64,000 nucleotides of DNA from Octopus sinensis (Eukaryota): contig NW_021835996.1 of the NCBI RefSeq assembly GCF_006345805.1, forward strand, positions 310,001-374,000. The letters run 5' to 3'. The translations under genes were made by a program, and so were the position numbers. Shown in pieces: positions 35,965 through 47,989 of the stretch. Position 1 is the first letter of the stretch. Each line of letters starts with the position of its first letter. Below the pieces are notes generated by a model that was given only the letters and a program-made list of their open reading frames with translations, ran no database searches and was not told where the DNA came from.

Positions 35965-36954
35965 ATGTCCTCGACTTACATGATGAGGTCCTTAAAACCT
36001 TCCCCCCCAAAAAAATTAAAAAAAAATTTTCTGCATTTTGGTTAAAATGAACAACTACAATGTCCTCGACTTACATGATGAAGTCCTTAAAACCTTCCCC
36101 CCCAAAAAAATTAAAAAAAATTTTCTGCATTTTGGTTAAAATGAACAACTACAATGTCCTCGACTTACATGATGAAGTCCTTAAAACCTTCCCCCCCAAA
36201 AAAAATTAAAAAAAAATTTTCTGCATTTTGGTTAAAATGAACAACTACAATGTCCTCGACTTACATGATGAGGTCCTTAAAACCTTCCCCCCAAAAAAAA
36301 TTAAAAAAAAATTTTCTGCATTTTGGTTAAAATGAACAACTACAATGTCCTCGACTTACATGATGAAGTCCTTAAAACCTTCCCCCCCAAAAAAAATTAA
36401 AAAAAAATTTTCTGCATTTTGGTTAAAATGAACAACTACAATGTCCTCGACTTACATGATGAAGTCCTTAAAACCTTCCCCCCCAAAAAAAATTAAAAAA
36501 AAATTTTCTGCATTTTGGTTAAAATGAACAACTACAATGTCCTCGACTTACATGATGAAGTCCTTAAAACCTTCCCCCCCAAAAAAAATTAAAAAAAAAA
36601 TTTCTGCATTTTGGTTAAAATGAACAACTACAATGTCCTCGACTTACATGATGAAGTCCTTAAAACCTTCCCCCCCAAAAAAATTAAAAAAAAATTTTCT
36701 GCATTTTGGTTAAAATGAACAACTACAATGTCCTCAACTTACATGATGAAGTCCTTAAAACCTTCCCCCCCAAAAAAATTAAAAAAAATTTTCTGCATTT
36801 TGGTTAAAATGAACAACTACAATGTCCTCGACTTACATGATGAAGTCCTTAAAACCTTCCCCCCCAAAAAATCAAAAAATTATTTTCTGCATTTTGATTA
36901 AAATGAACAACGCGAATGTCCTCGACATTCATGATGAGGTCCATTAAAACCTTC
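35965..36954. repeat. Tandem array of a 94-96 bp unit, 10 full copies plus 1 partial, inside the Helitron
   Basis: Unit tgtcctcgacttacatgatga(a/g)gtccttaaaacctt(C)n(A)ntt(A)nttttctgcattttggttaaaatgaacaactacaa starts at 35966, 36061, 36155, 36251, 36346, 36442, 36538, 36634, 36729, 36823, 36917. Confidence 0.97.
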
Positions 36955-37164
36955 AAGGCAAAAATCTCACGTATTAAGAATATCCTTGATGAAAACGACA
37001 GCGAGAATATTAACAATGATGAACTCCCAATTATTCGCGATAAAGAAATTCAATTCATCCTATGTTTTTCTCTTTAAAATTAAATGCATATATCATTATC
37101 GACCATGAATCAAAATTAAAGCTATTATCATATTTGACTTTGACAGAATGTGCAATCACAGATT

Positions 37165-37630
37165 GCACGACTTTGAATAGAGTGTGCAATTAACAGATTT
37201 TGAAAAACCACTTTGATAGTTGAAACCAGATTAGCACAATCATTAACACAATTTACCACCAATTGACGCACGACCTTGAATAGAGTGTGCAATTAACTGA
37301 TTTTGAAAAACACTTTGATAGTTGAAACCACATTAGCACAATCATTAACACAATTTACCACCAATTGACAGCGCAATCAGAAGAATTTGCGTAAAAATAT
37401 TAGCTATTTAGTTAAGTTTTTCGTGAAGATAGAATTTATTTTCGGTATGCCTCTTTTCCTAAATTTTTTTATTATTCAAAATAATTTTTTCAATAGATAA
37501 CCGAAAGAGGGAAGACGACCTTAAGAAAAGAAGTTTTTCGTAAAGATAGAATTTATTTTCTGTATGCCTCTTTTTTCCTAATATTTTTTATTATTCAAAA
37601 ATAATTTTTTAAATAGATAACCGAAGGAGG
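37165..37630. repeat. Two further two-copy duplications inside the Helitron
   Basis: About 102-bp units at 37165 and 37268; about 100-bp units at 37414 and 37531. Confidence 0.85.
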
Positions 37631-37656
37631 AAAAATGAAGCTGAAGAAAGATGGCT

Positions 37657-37974
37657 AACGTAATAGAGGCGACGATATTAACAGGTAAGTATTGAGGTGA
37701 GGATGTTTATATTCCACGAATTCCGATAATTTCTGATGAATTACCATTTAGATTTAAAAGGCTGCAATTTCCTTTGAGGATGAGTTTTGCAATGACAATA
37801 AACAAGGCCCAGGGACAGTCATTAAAGGTAGTTGGGTTATTTTTAGAGAGTGAGTGCTTTTCACATGGACAGCTGTATGTGGGATGCTCGAGGGTAGGCA
37901 GAAGAGAAAATTTATTCATATATGCCAAGGAAGGACGGACGACAAACATCGTTTATCAACAGGCGATAGAATAG
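37657..37974 (+). pseudogene. Helitron Pif1-like helicase C-terminal fragment
   Basis: IEATILTG..IPRIP..LPFRFKRLQFPLRMSFAMTINKAQGQSL..FSHGQLYVGCSRV..TTNIVY. Confidence 0.92.
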
Positions 37975-40900
37975 GGTTACATTAAACCAGGTAGTTTTAT
38001 ACATCTACATAAACTTATAGTTGTTTGATGAAACAGGCCCTCCGCAGGAGCTAGGTCGCGGTGAGCGAAGCGAGCTGCCGAGCTAGTTCTTTGATAATTC
38101 CAATTTGGAAAGTAATGTCGATCTCATTACAGTTTGCCTCACAAAAACTTTTAAAACAAGAAAAGTGTGAAAACTGACGTACTCCAAGTTGTGACTCGAA
38201 TAACATCAATTTTTGTCGAAATGCTTTAATTATCCTGTAGAAATCACAAATTAAGTTTTCCTTTCCTTGTAATTTCAGATTTAGCTCATTCATGTGAGTT
38301 GTAACATCAACCAAAAATGATAATTTTGATAGCCAAGCAAGATCTGATAATTCGGGATAATAGTTATTTTTACTGGTTAGAAAAATATCAATCTCACTTC
38401 GGAGTTTATAAAATCTATTTAATACATTACCACAGCTAAGCCATCTAACTGCAGTGTAATATGGTAAGTCAAAATATTCAGATCCAAAATCGTCAAGTAA
38501 AACTTTAAACTGACGGTGATTAAGTGAGCTCCCTCGAACAAAGTTTATTATGCGAATAACTGGATTCAACACACATGAAATATTAAGAGCCTTCGCACAT
38601 AGTGCGTGCTGATGAAGGATGCAATGAATGAACAAAGTGTTTGAAATATGTAATTCCTCCAATTTATTAGTTATTTGCCCAACTAGACCCTTTTTAGAAC
38701 CAGCCATATTCTTTGCCCCGTCAATCGTAACACAACTCAGTTTCTCCCATTCAAGGTTATAGTCACTTATAGTTTGTTCCAATTCATCAAAAATATCTTT
38801 TCCAGTGGTTGTTCCATGAATAGAACAAACAGATGCCAGTTCTTCAGTTATGGAAATATTCTCATCAACTCCACGAATAAAAATAAGAAGTTGCGATGTT
38901 CCCGAAATGTCAACTGACTCATCCAATGCAAGAGAATACCACAACATATTACTTGTCTTTTCACAAATTTGTAAATATATATTTTTTCCAAGCTCTTCAG
39001 TTCTCCGTGATACAGAACTCGCCGACAAACTTATTCCATCAAATAAGGAAGAATTTAGTGGGCACAAACAATTAACTGCTTCAATAATGCAATTTTTGAT
39101 ATACATCCAATCACTAAAGGGTTTCCCGTGTTGTGAAATAATTTTCGTTATCTCGTATCCAGCTCTTGTTACATTTTCATTATTTTCAAAATTTTTTTTA
39201 TAAGGCCTTGTTGAATTTGTAAAGTGCGTTTCAGTGATTCAACTTTATCCTCACGTAGCTTTCCAGTGTACTTGGAATATATCGGAGCATGATTCGTTTC
39301 ATAATGACGTCGAATGTTATACTCCTTCATAACAGAGAGATGTTCGTGGCATATTAAACAATAAGCTTTCTGCTTTAATTCATCTTTCGCAAAAAAATAC
39401 TTCAATTCCCATAATTTATTGAATACACGGCATTCGCGGTCAACTTTTCTTTTCATATTAGACATAGCAACAAAGAAAAATTTAACGTTAATGCTGATAA
39501 GTTTTTTTTCGAATTAAATCTTGCAAAATAGTTTTATTTAAGTTAATTATTAAGGTATTAATTGAATATCTCGAAATAGTGCGCGGGCCGGATCCGGCCC
39601 GCGGGCCGTAGTTTGGTGACGTCTGCTCTAAGACAATGGAAAAGATTGTCTTTAACAGACTCTCTGGTCATATAGAGTCACAAAATTTGCTTTTACCCGA
39701 ACAATGGGGATTTCGTGGAGGAAGATCCACAGGGGACTGCCTCAGGGAATTAGAGCACCAATTATCCCGTGCTGACAGAAATGAAGCATGGCTAACTGTG
39801 GTGTGTCTGGATCTGGCCAAAGCCTTCGATAGGGTGTGGCACCTGGGCCTACTCTCCAGAATCCATGACATCGGAGCCGGGATAAAGACCTATCGATGGC
39901 TGGAGAGCTTCTTGTCAGGAAGACAATCATTTGTCCGCTGTGGAAACCGCCTATCGGGGTGTGTGGAACTTAGAAGGGGAGTCCCGCAGGGATCTATCTT
40001 GAGTCCACTTCTGTTCAACCTCTTCTTGGCGGACATTCCTCTGCCGTCGACACGTACTGGCAAGCTCGTTATCTATGCTGACGATATCCTGGTCATGGAT
40101 ACCTCGAAAAGGATATCGCAGTCTTGGAGACGACTGAAATCATACATTGCAACGCTAAAGATGTGGACTATAGAGAAGGGTTTGACCCTAGCACCGGAGA
40201 AGAGCACCATTTCATGGTTGCGGAGAGGGAGTCGCTATGCGGAGTCGTGTGCATATGCGATGAGTAGCTATGTGATGGATCTCCCGAAAAGCAAAAATCT
40301 TTCTTACCTGGGAGCAACCATCAACTGTCGTGGCTCGTACGTAGAGCATATAGCAAATCAGAGAAAGAGGAGTGTGAGGATCCTCAAAAGCTTAACCAGG
40401 TTCCATCTGGATCCGGAAACGTACATCTACGTATACAAAACGTGTGTGCAGCCAGTCCTCACATATGGCTACGAGGGCTGGTACGGTACGGAGGAGAGTG
40501 ACTACCTGATCGAACAGTTGGAAAAGACAAGACGTTTCGCTATGAAATTGGCTTACGGAGTACAACTTGACGGAAGGTTAAAAGACTCACAAGAATCCTC
40601 TGTGCCCACGATCCGGATGGTCTTGGAGAATTGTCGTCAAACATGACTAGTATTGGGGATACGCATGGAAAGAGACACTTCGGTGCCTTGTTTTTATCTC
40701 CCCGCCGATGATTTCTTCCTTGTTTTTCTTTTTCTTTTCGCTCAATAAACACTATTCTATTCTATGGGCAAAAAATGGTCTTTATCGAAATATTTTTTTG
40801 ATAAGAATTAAAACCGCACTTAAATTGCAATCATCTGATTTGATTTTAATTTCGAATTTATAAATATATTCATATATTTTAGCTCCATTCCTCTGTAGAA

Positions 40901-42259
40901 TATCTCTTGGCAGCCCCAATAAGATCCACTATCTTATATTCTGTTTTTTGTCTACTCTGAGGCGGCTCTTCGAGACTTGAGACCAGTCCTTCGAATAGAA
41001 AAAAACTACGATTGCTTTTGCAGATGATATCCAACAATAAAGAAAAGCTCAAGGTCCTAATTTAGAAGATAACAGAGAAGCTGTTAGATTGGTCACTAAA
41101 TGTGAACATAGAAAGAACAGAGATCACGAAGCTGATTAAAAAAAGACCATACTAAGAAACCAAGGCGCAAAAACAAGAAACTGGACTCTCTCCTTATTGA
41201 ATCAGATAATATTACAAGAAGTAAAATCCATACTTACACAACACTCAAAAACAGGAGAAGACCTGGCTTGCTCGCAGAGGATTTACGATTAGGATTTTAC
41301 GTACAAATGAGAGTTAGCAAAATTTTCAGTATGAACTCACATTGTTTTGTACGAACCACGCTTCAGAGGCTGTGCAAAGAAAATATTTCCGGATTTCCTT
41401 GACGAAAACCTTAAAAGCATTGTGAACCACCTTGAAAGCAAAAAAGGCGGTTTGGGATAGAACGAAATGGAGAAACCTGTCCAGAGATTTGATTTATTGT
41501 GTTGCACATTCTTCGTCATCGCCATTGAAATCCTTAGTGCTATTAATACTTGTTTACATCCCCCGCGGTTTTCCTGTCTATCAAACAAGAGAAACCGTTT
41601 TTTGTGTAGACAAAGATCTAGAAGTGTCTTCTTTATTTCATAATCTACAAGGTTTTTGTACGTAACAGGAGGGTTTTGTAGTTAATTGGAGGTCGTTTGT
41701 CTTAAAAATTTTCTCGGCTTAAAACATTATACTCTTGACAATGCATACAGGATTTGAATTTTAAGAGTTTAAGAATCTTAAAAATAAACATTAAACGCTT
41801 TTTGAGTTTTATTTCAGTAAAGACATGGCGTAACAAACTGAATGTTTTTTAAATCAATATTTCGCTCTTGTAAATATTTATTGTTGCATTTTTCTAAATA
41901 AATGAAAGGAGAAAAAATACAGGCGTAGGCAAACTAAATCCGACAGAGGGAGTACTGCCTTGTTTTTAATAAAAAAATTGAATTCAATGATATTTTTTCA
42001 ATAAAGACGGATTCAAGTCTGCATGTGTAATTTTTTATAAAAAGTTACCGTGTTCAGGAAATATAATATAAAATGTCACTTTCAAATCAAGCACAACGGA
42101 ATGTACGGCCTGCGATCAACAAAATTTATCCACCTTCACTTTAATACGACGTTATAAACCTAATAAATCAGATTAATTATTTGTCGGTTTTATTGTATTT
42201 ATGGTAAGTAACCCACAGTTTTTTGTTTCTCATAAAATGATTACCCAGTCCCAGGTATG

Positions 42260-42400
42260 TGGCTTCCTGCTGATAAAGAGAAACACAGTAATCCCGTCTG
42301 GTCTCTTCCCGTCCCCCCGATCGATCCCAGTGGGTTCGATTATTAAGGAGATTTTGGCGACTTTTAAGGCTTTAGAGCAGCGTGCCGCGGAATACGACCA
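42260..42400 (-). mobile_element. CRE-like fragment
   Basis: EPTGIDRGDGKRPDGIT on the minus strand. Confidence 0.7.
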
Positions 42401-42607
42401 GCGTTGTATCTACATGATAGCGCGTGCAGATCAAAGCGACAATTGGTTAATTGTGCCTAGAAACTTTCATTTAATGATTTAAGTTTTCAAATAAGACAGT
42501 TTATAAGGAAAGAAGTTTGTGCGTAATTTGATTTCATCTAAATATGAATATCCCGAAAAAGTTATCTTTTTTATATTTTCAAAGAACTTTAATCTAAAAA
42601 TAATTAA

Positions 42608-43810
42608 TGGGATCACAATTTTTCCATTTGAAGAGGGGAAATCCCTAGTCTGGGACGCAACCTGTGTGGACACTCTCTGTCCTTCCAACATTGTCGGGAG
42701 CGCAGTGTACAGACTGTATGCCGCGGAAAAAACGATGAGGGCAAATGAGGGAAAATATGAAGCTCTGCGAGACCGATTCGTGTTCTGTCTGATTGTGGTC
42801 GAGACAACTGGAGGAATAAGTGGGAAATCGTTTCGCTTCCTAAAGAAGCTTGGACGCTTAGCCACATTAAAAAGCCACGACACACGTGAGACCCGGTGGC
42901 TTCTCCAGTTGATCTCCGTTGCTATCGTGAGAGCCTCTCACGATTTAATTAAAAGGAGAATTGATCATGAAGTGATTACTCTACATTGTATTATTCACCA
43001 AGAAGCACTATCTGCGCAAACGTTTCCGTAAGAAATTTTAGAAGTGATGGAATTGGTCATAAAAATGCTCTTTTGTATATGAAGGAATCTTTCAATGACA
43101 GGTTAAAAATGAATGTTTAAATATAAAAAGGTTTAAGGATTTTAGAAAAGAAAAGGCAACTTTATTGTTCGTTATAAACCCTCCATGGCTAAAGTCAGCA
43201 CTTTAAATTTATTCCCATTTGAAATTAACGCAGCTGAGTTCGAAATGCAGCTATTGGACTTGACATGTAAAAAATTATGGGCATCAAAGTTTATTCGCCT
43301 TTCAGAATTACTTGAAACCTTGGAACAGAAACATTTTCTGGTAAAATTAAAAATGATATTAATGCTATACAAAAGAAACTTGAAGATGTGATTTTCGAAA
43401 CTTGGAATTATCTTCCAGATTCTTATTATGAATTAAAAAAATTTGCAGACGGAATTTTGACAATATTCGGGTCCATTTATATGTGTGAACAAAGTTTTTC
43501 TCATATGAATTATATAAAATCGAAATTACGGAACAAAATTACAGATTCGAATTTGGAATCTTACCTCAGATTAAAATTAACAACTTACGACCCAGACATT
43601 AACCAACTCTCCAAAGAAATGAGGAATCACATTTCTCATTAATGTGTCTAATTAATTTAATTTCTTAAAATGAATTCTTAATTATTTTTTAAATTAATTT
43701 TTCGAAATTTCCAAAAATGTTCAAAATTGGCTCTTCTCCAAAAGTATTTGCCGACCCCCGGTGAGAGGCAACGCAACGTCAATAATGTTGGTGGGGTCCA
43801 CTTCGGATAG
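42608..43810 (+). mobile_element. CRE-like 3' fragment split by a hAT remnant (pieces 42608-42933 and 43761-43810)
   Basis: GITIFPFEEGKSLVWDATC..SVAIVR resumes after the hAT end as VRGNATSIMLVGSTSD*. Confidence 0.85.
42945..43760 (+). mobile_element. hAT transposon remnant lacking its left end
   Basis: HCIIHQEAL, TIFGSIYMCEQSFSHMNYIKSKLR..HISH*; right TIR tttgccgacccccg followed by target gtgagagg. Confidence 0.85.
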
Positions 43811-43812
43811 AT

Positions 43813-45020
43813 CAGTGGTTCTCAACCTTTTTTGTCCGCGGATCCCTTGTGAGTAAATGAAAAATTTCGCGGACCCCCTACATATTTATTAAGTTTTTTG
43901 TCAAAAAAATTTTACTTATCTAAAAACAAAATTTATTATTAAATCAATAGAGAAAATTAGTGAGAAGGTTGATATTGTTTTTTCGAGGCAATTTTTTCAA
44001 TAAGAGGCTCGGTTGTCGACAAGCAAACCCTGATGTCATCTTCAATATTCAGTCTTGCGCGATGATTATTTTTTATATTGAGAAGTGCTGAGAAGCCATG
44101 TTCGCATAAATATGTTGTCGGGAATATAAGCAACAAATTTAATGCATTTGCGCTTACGGAAGGATAATGCTTACACATTTCGCACCAAAATCTTGATGAA
44201 GCAAGTTTTTCATACAAATCTCTTGCGTTTGAATTATTGATCATGTCAATAAAAGCCTCTTCGATATTTTCATCGACCAAACGTGGATCAACACTGAATG
44301 GTGTACGAATGAATTTCAAATCAATTTTGTTCAATTCTGGAAAGTATTTATTTACTTCTTGTTGAAGATATGTTAAATGTGCATAAATAAGTTCGGTTAT
44401 TTTGTTGATTTCAAATGCATCTATATTTACAGATTGTTCTTCAAAAGATTCAAACATAGTAAAATTATTTAGTTTTATTTTTTCTTTCCACAGTGTTAAC
44501 TTCATCAAAAAAGCACTAACAATTAATATGAAACAGTTAACAAACTTAATTTTATCCACAAAATCAATTATTGTTTCATGTCTTCCCTGAAGCGATTTGT
44601 TGAGTGAATTTATACGAGAGAAGACATCTCTCAAGTAAGCAAGTTTAGATAGCCATGAACTATCCATTAATTTCGAAATAAATTCCGATGATTTAGAATT
44701 GTTTTCGCGAATAAAATATTCAGATAATTCATTCCTCAAAGAAAAAACTCTGGCAAGAATGTTTCCCCGAGATAGCCATCTCACCTCAGTGTGGAATAAC
44801 AAAGCCTTTCCATCCTTTTCAAATTCCTCGCAAATAAGTCTGAAAATGCGCGAATTTAAAGCACTCTTTTTAATATAATTTATGATATGTACGACATCAC
44901 CGAGAACATATCTTAAATCTGAAGGTAATGTTTTTGCAGCAAGTGCATAGCGATGTAGCATACAATGCATATGTTTCGTTTCCTGGTTAGCAAGTCTAAC
45001 TTGGCTGCCAGACATAGCTG
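43813..45020 (-). mobile_element. Buster-type hAT (ZBED5/SCAND3-like), 5'-truncated
   Basis: TIR cagtggttctcaacc at 43813 after ggatagat; HCMLHRYAL, HTEVRWLSRG, LAYLRDVF, FPTTYLCEHGFS, QPSH*; probable 30-nt intron 44516-44545. Confidence 0.9.
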
Positions 45021-45327
45021 TTTCTTGGCAGAAGCTCTAAAGGAATCGAAATAAGGCTTTCAAACAGTCGAAATATGTAAACATTTTTAGATTTTTCTTA
45101 ATTTTTTAAACTGATATCTTCAAAATCGAGCACAAATCTAATATAGATCGGAAAGGCCTACAATTCAAAATTATGTAGGATAAATTTTATTTTTATCATG
45201 GATACTCGAAAATTTTATTAATTCTACTTAAATAAAATTAATTCTCACACATAGGTCTATTTATTCAGAATAATATCAAAAATTGGAAATTTACGATTAT
45301 AAATCGCAAAACAGTTTATTTTCAAAT

Positions 45328-46408
45328 TTATACATCAATCAACTCCCACAGACGAATATCGTTGTCATAGAAAGATGCAGAAATAACCTTGTTAGGCTCC
45401 GCCCAGTCACAAGCATATACCAATGTCTCATGTTCTAAATATCCAACAGTAACATTCGTTTCAGCTAAGAAAAAATATTTAATAAAAACCTGGATCCGAC
45501 ACGTCGATTACTCTCAATCCAGAATGGGTAACAGACACTAAAAGAATGTGAGGGTTGGACGGGCAAAACTTTAACCCCCACACACCTCCTCCTAAATTAG
45601 TAGATGATATATGTTCTCCCGAGAAATTCCTTTTGTCGAGAATATTCAAACATTGATCGTATCTAAAAAAGTGATTCCCGTCCTTACCCCCCTGTGTATA
45701 CTGTGTTTCCAGAACATAGAATCCCACAAACTCCATATTTATATCTAGAATATAGAAATGAAAGATCAACTTTCGAAATGATACTTGCGGGTTACTACCA
45801 ACCCTAAGATCAGAAAGTTTTAAAAGACCTTCGTCGTCACCTTAGTAAATATTGATTTCAAAAACAAACCTGAGTAAAACAAATTACTGTCAGAATCAAA
45901 ATGAACTTTCCAAATCTGTGAATTATGTAATGAAAATGTATTTATAGTAACACAATCCTGGCCAAGTTGGCAATAGTGAACACGGCCGTGTAAATCAGAG
46001 GATATAAGCATATCTCGGGAATCAATGTCTAATGACAAAAGATGTTTATCGTTCAATTGAGTGGAAAAGAGTCGAGTAATCATTTTGTCGTCCACTGTAT
46101 AGCCACAAACGTGACCATTAGCGTCAATTGAGATAAATTGACTCTTTTTTTCTCGCCAACAAATATCGAGAATGGCGGAAGTTGGTAAAGAGTAAATCGG
46201 TTCTAAATTTGATATATTGTATAAACATAGTTGTCCTTTATATAATCCCTATAAATGTTATATTTTTAAAAAAAGCCTCATTCAATTGGTACGATCCGCA
46301 TATAAAACTATTTATTGGATCTTGATCAATAGGACAAGTAGAAATAACACAAGGATGTGGAGATGATTTTTGTTTATTTAATGTTAAAGTTGACACTGTG
46401 TGAGCCAT
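45328..46408 (-). CDS. DPH7: Diphthine methylester hydrolase DPH7/WDR85-like WD40 protein, multi-exon
   Basis: CGSYQL..G.L.LY, SAILDICW, LGGGVWGLK, HETLVYACDW..SASFYDN.IRLW; first intron appears to be GC-AG (46249-46276). Confidence 0.85.
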
Positions 46409-46599
46409 GCTAAAAAATTAAAAGTTTAAAATATTCCTAAAAAAATATTAATATATAACAAAAAATTCTATATTTTGTAAGTAATTTGATATACGGACCC
46501 TCTGAATAAAGTGCTCACGAACTCGCGCTAGAATCTATTTGGGCATATTCCAAAATTGGACCCTACTATACAGAGAAAAAATTTGTATTTATTGCCCAA

Positions 46600-47080
46600 A
46601 AAATCAAAACCAAAAATACAAAGGAAAATAATTAACGGGGAGATAAAAAAGGGACCGAACTTCCTCTTTTAGTGCTACCCAAACTATGATGATAAGACAC
46701 AGGTTTTCTCCAGGATCATCTCGGCACGGGGGATTCTTGCGAGTTTTCTAGGCGTCCGTTAAGTTGTAATCCGTAAGTCAATTTCAATGCAAACGTCTTT
46801 TTTTCCAACTGTTTCCTCCGTACCGAACTAACCCTCCTAGTCATATACGAGAACTGGCTGTACACAAATTCTGTATACGTAGATGTACGTTTCCAGACCC
46901 AGATGGTACCTAGTTAAGCTTTTAAGGATCCTCGCACTCATCTTCCTCTGATTTATTACATGGTATGACAGCTTACAATTTCTTCGAGGTAGTATAAATT
47001 CAAGCTCTTGGGAGATCCAGCCATGGTGCTCTTCTCAGGTGCTAGGAACAAATTCTTTTCTACTGTCCACTTCTTTAGCA
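46600..47080 (-). mobile_element. LINE 3' fragment (family of 39634-40765)
   Basis: KWTVEKNLFLAPEKST; nucleotide similarity to about 40160-40740. Confidence 0.8.
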
Positions 47081-47099
47081 TGACAATGTGTGGCTCAAG

Positions 47100-47765
47100 G
47101 TTAAATTGAAATTTTTCAAGGTCAAAAAAATGTAACCGGTTGCCCATACGTATCCAGTCACATATTACATAACTGGATCACTGCTAACCGCCTGTCAGTA
47201 ACTAGGTTTTATTCTGGACAACAACAAAATTCAGTTTTTCCGGACTCAGAAGATCCTAGGAGTTACGTTCAATGCGCGCGTGTGCTTCTCTCCACACGTG
47301 GACAACATATTCATAACGTGCAAAAGGAAAACCAATATATTAAAGTGTCTCTCTGGAATTTGGAAGTTTGGAAAGCACTCAGTACTTGGATGTCTATACA
47401 ATCAGTACATCCCGCCTTGTTTCTCGCATGCATGCACGGCATGTGGCAACTCCATTTTCTGGTCCAATAAACAGAAGAGTGAGGCGAGCCGGAAAAGAAC
47501 TCTAGCATTCACGGAGCGTTGGACAAAATGCAAGCTTTCGACTCATACAAGCATGGAAAACCTCTTGATACTATATAAACGATCAGATGAAGACATGGAG
47601 AAATACGACCACTACGTGCTCGCGCGGGAACCAAGAGGAAAATCAGGCCGACATAAGGAGTCTCCTCGTGCGTGTCGGGATCACGAAACGTTACTTGCTC
47701 TGTCTTTCGTGTTAAAAGATAAACTCCGTTATGGGAAATTTAATATTTTATATATTTTTTTTTAA
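47100..47765 (+). mobile_element. Degenerate LINE RT 3' fragment
   Basis: KILGVTFN..CFSPHVDN..CLYNQYI. Confidence 0.65.
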
Positions 47766-47989
47766 TTTTTGAATTTTATTTTATAATAAATAATAATAAC
47801 GTGTTTGTATTTCTATGCCGAAGAAAATTTCTGTCAAAGACAAATTAGACATATAATTTTGATGGATGTGAAGGTTCTGAGCCCTTAAGAGAACCCGAGT
47901 GACAAACATTCATTTCTGGACAAGGTTGTTTTTACTTCGTTTAAAATGTAATAATTAAAAAAAATCAAATATGCCTAAATTTTTATAGA

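Larger units (their letters stand above)
35853..38086 (+). mobile_element. Non-autonomous Helitron
   Basis: 5' TC after A, 3' GC-rich hairpin (GCGAAGC) plus CTAG before T, no TSD; removal restores the hAT frame IIKE|LKHHFLHKFSELD; carries a helicase C-terminal fragment. Confidence 0.92.
35261..39625 (-). mobile_element. Full-length hAT (SPIN/GTF2IRD2-like) transposon interrupted by a Helitron
   Basis: 16-bp TIR caggggtcaccaaact / agtttggtgacgtctg (2 mismatches); TSD ctctaaga at 35253-35260 and 39626-39633; transposase 39465 to 35430 with BED-like C2H2, SLALDES, TIDGA, HCILHQ, VRWLS, FGTTYQCEQTFS; one frameshift in the homopolymer near 39192-39199. Confidence 0.95.
34942..40765 (+). mobile_element. 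5'-truncated LINE split by a hAT insertion (pieces about 34942-35260 and 39634-40765)
   Basis: Rejoined NYRPISLICAFSK|TMEKIVFNR matches the uninterrupted paralog near 50940; RT motifs QWGFR, DLAKAFD, GVPQGSILSP, YADD. Confidence 0.93.

Noticed and set aside
35777-35983. ORF with CLSV repeats
   Set aside because: Translation of the (GTCT)n microsatellite across the hAT/Helitron junction.
35965-36954. CRISPR array
   Set aside because: Units are contiguous and near-identical with no unique spacers; no cas genes; eukaryotic context inside a Helitron.
35965-36954. Hammerhead ribozyme or box C/D snoRNA repeats (ATGATGA in each unit)
   Set aside because: Core is ATGATGA rather than CTGATGA, with no stem II plus GAAA; no box D CTGA (unit has CTGC).
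42519-43031. 170-aa CRE-hAT fusion ORF as a novel gene
   Set aside because: Chance in-frame join across the palindromic repair junction.
43330-43375. Possible micro-intron in the hAT remnant
   Set aside because: The segment reads as open protein in the downstream frame (SGKIKNDINAIQKKLEDVIFETW), so a frameshift explains it.
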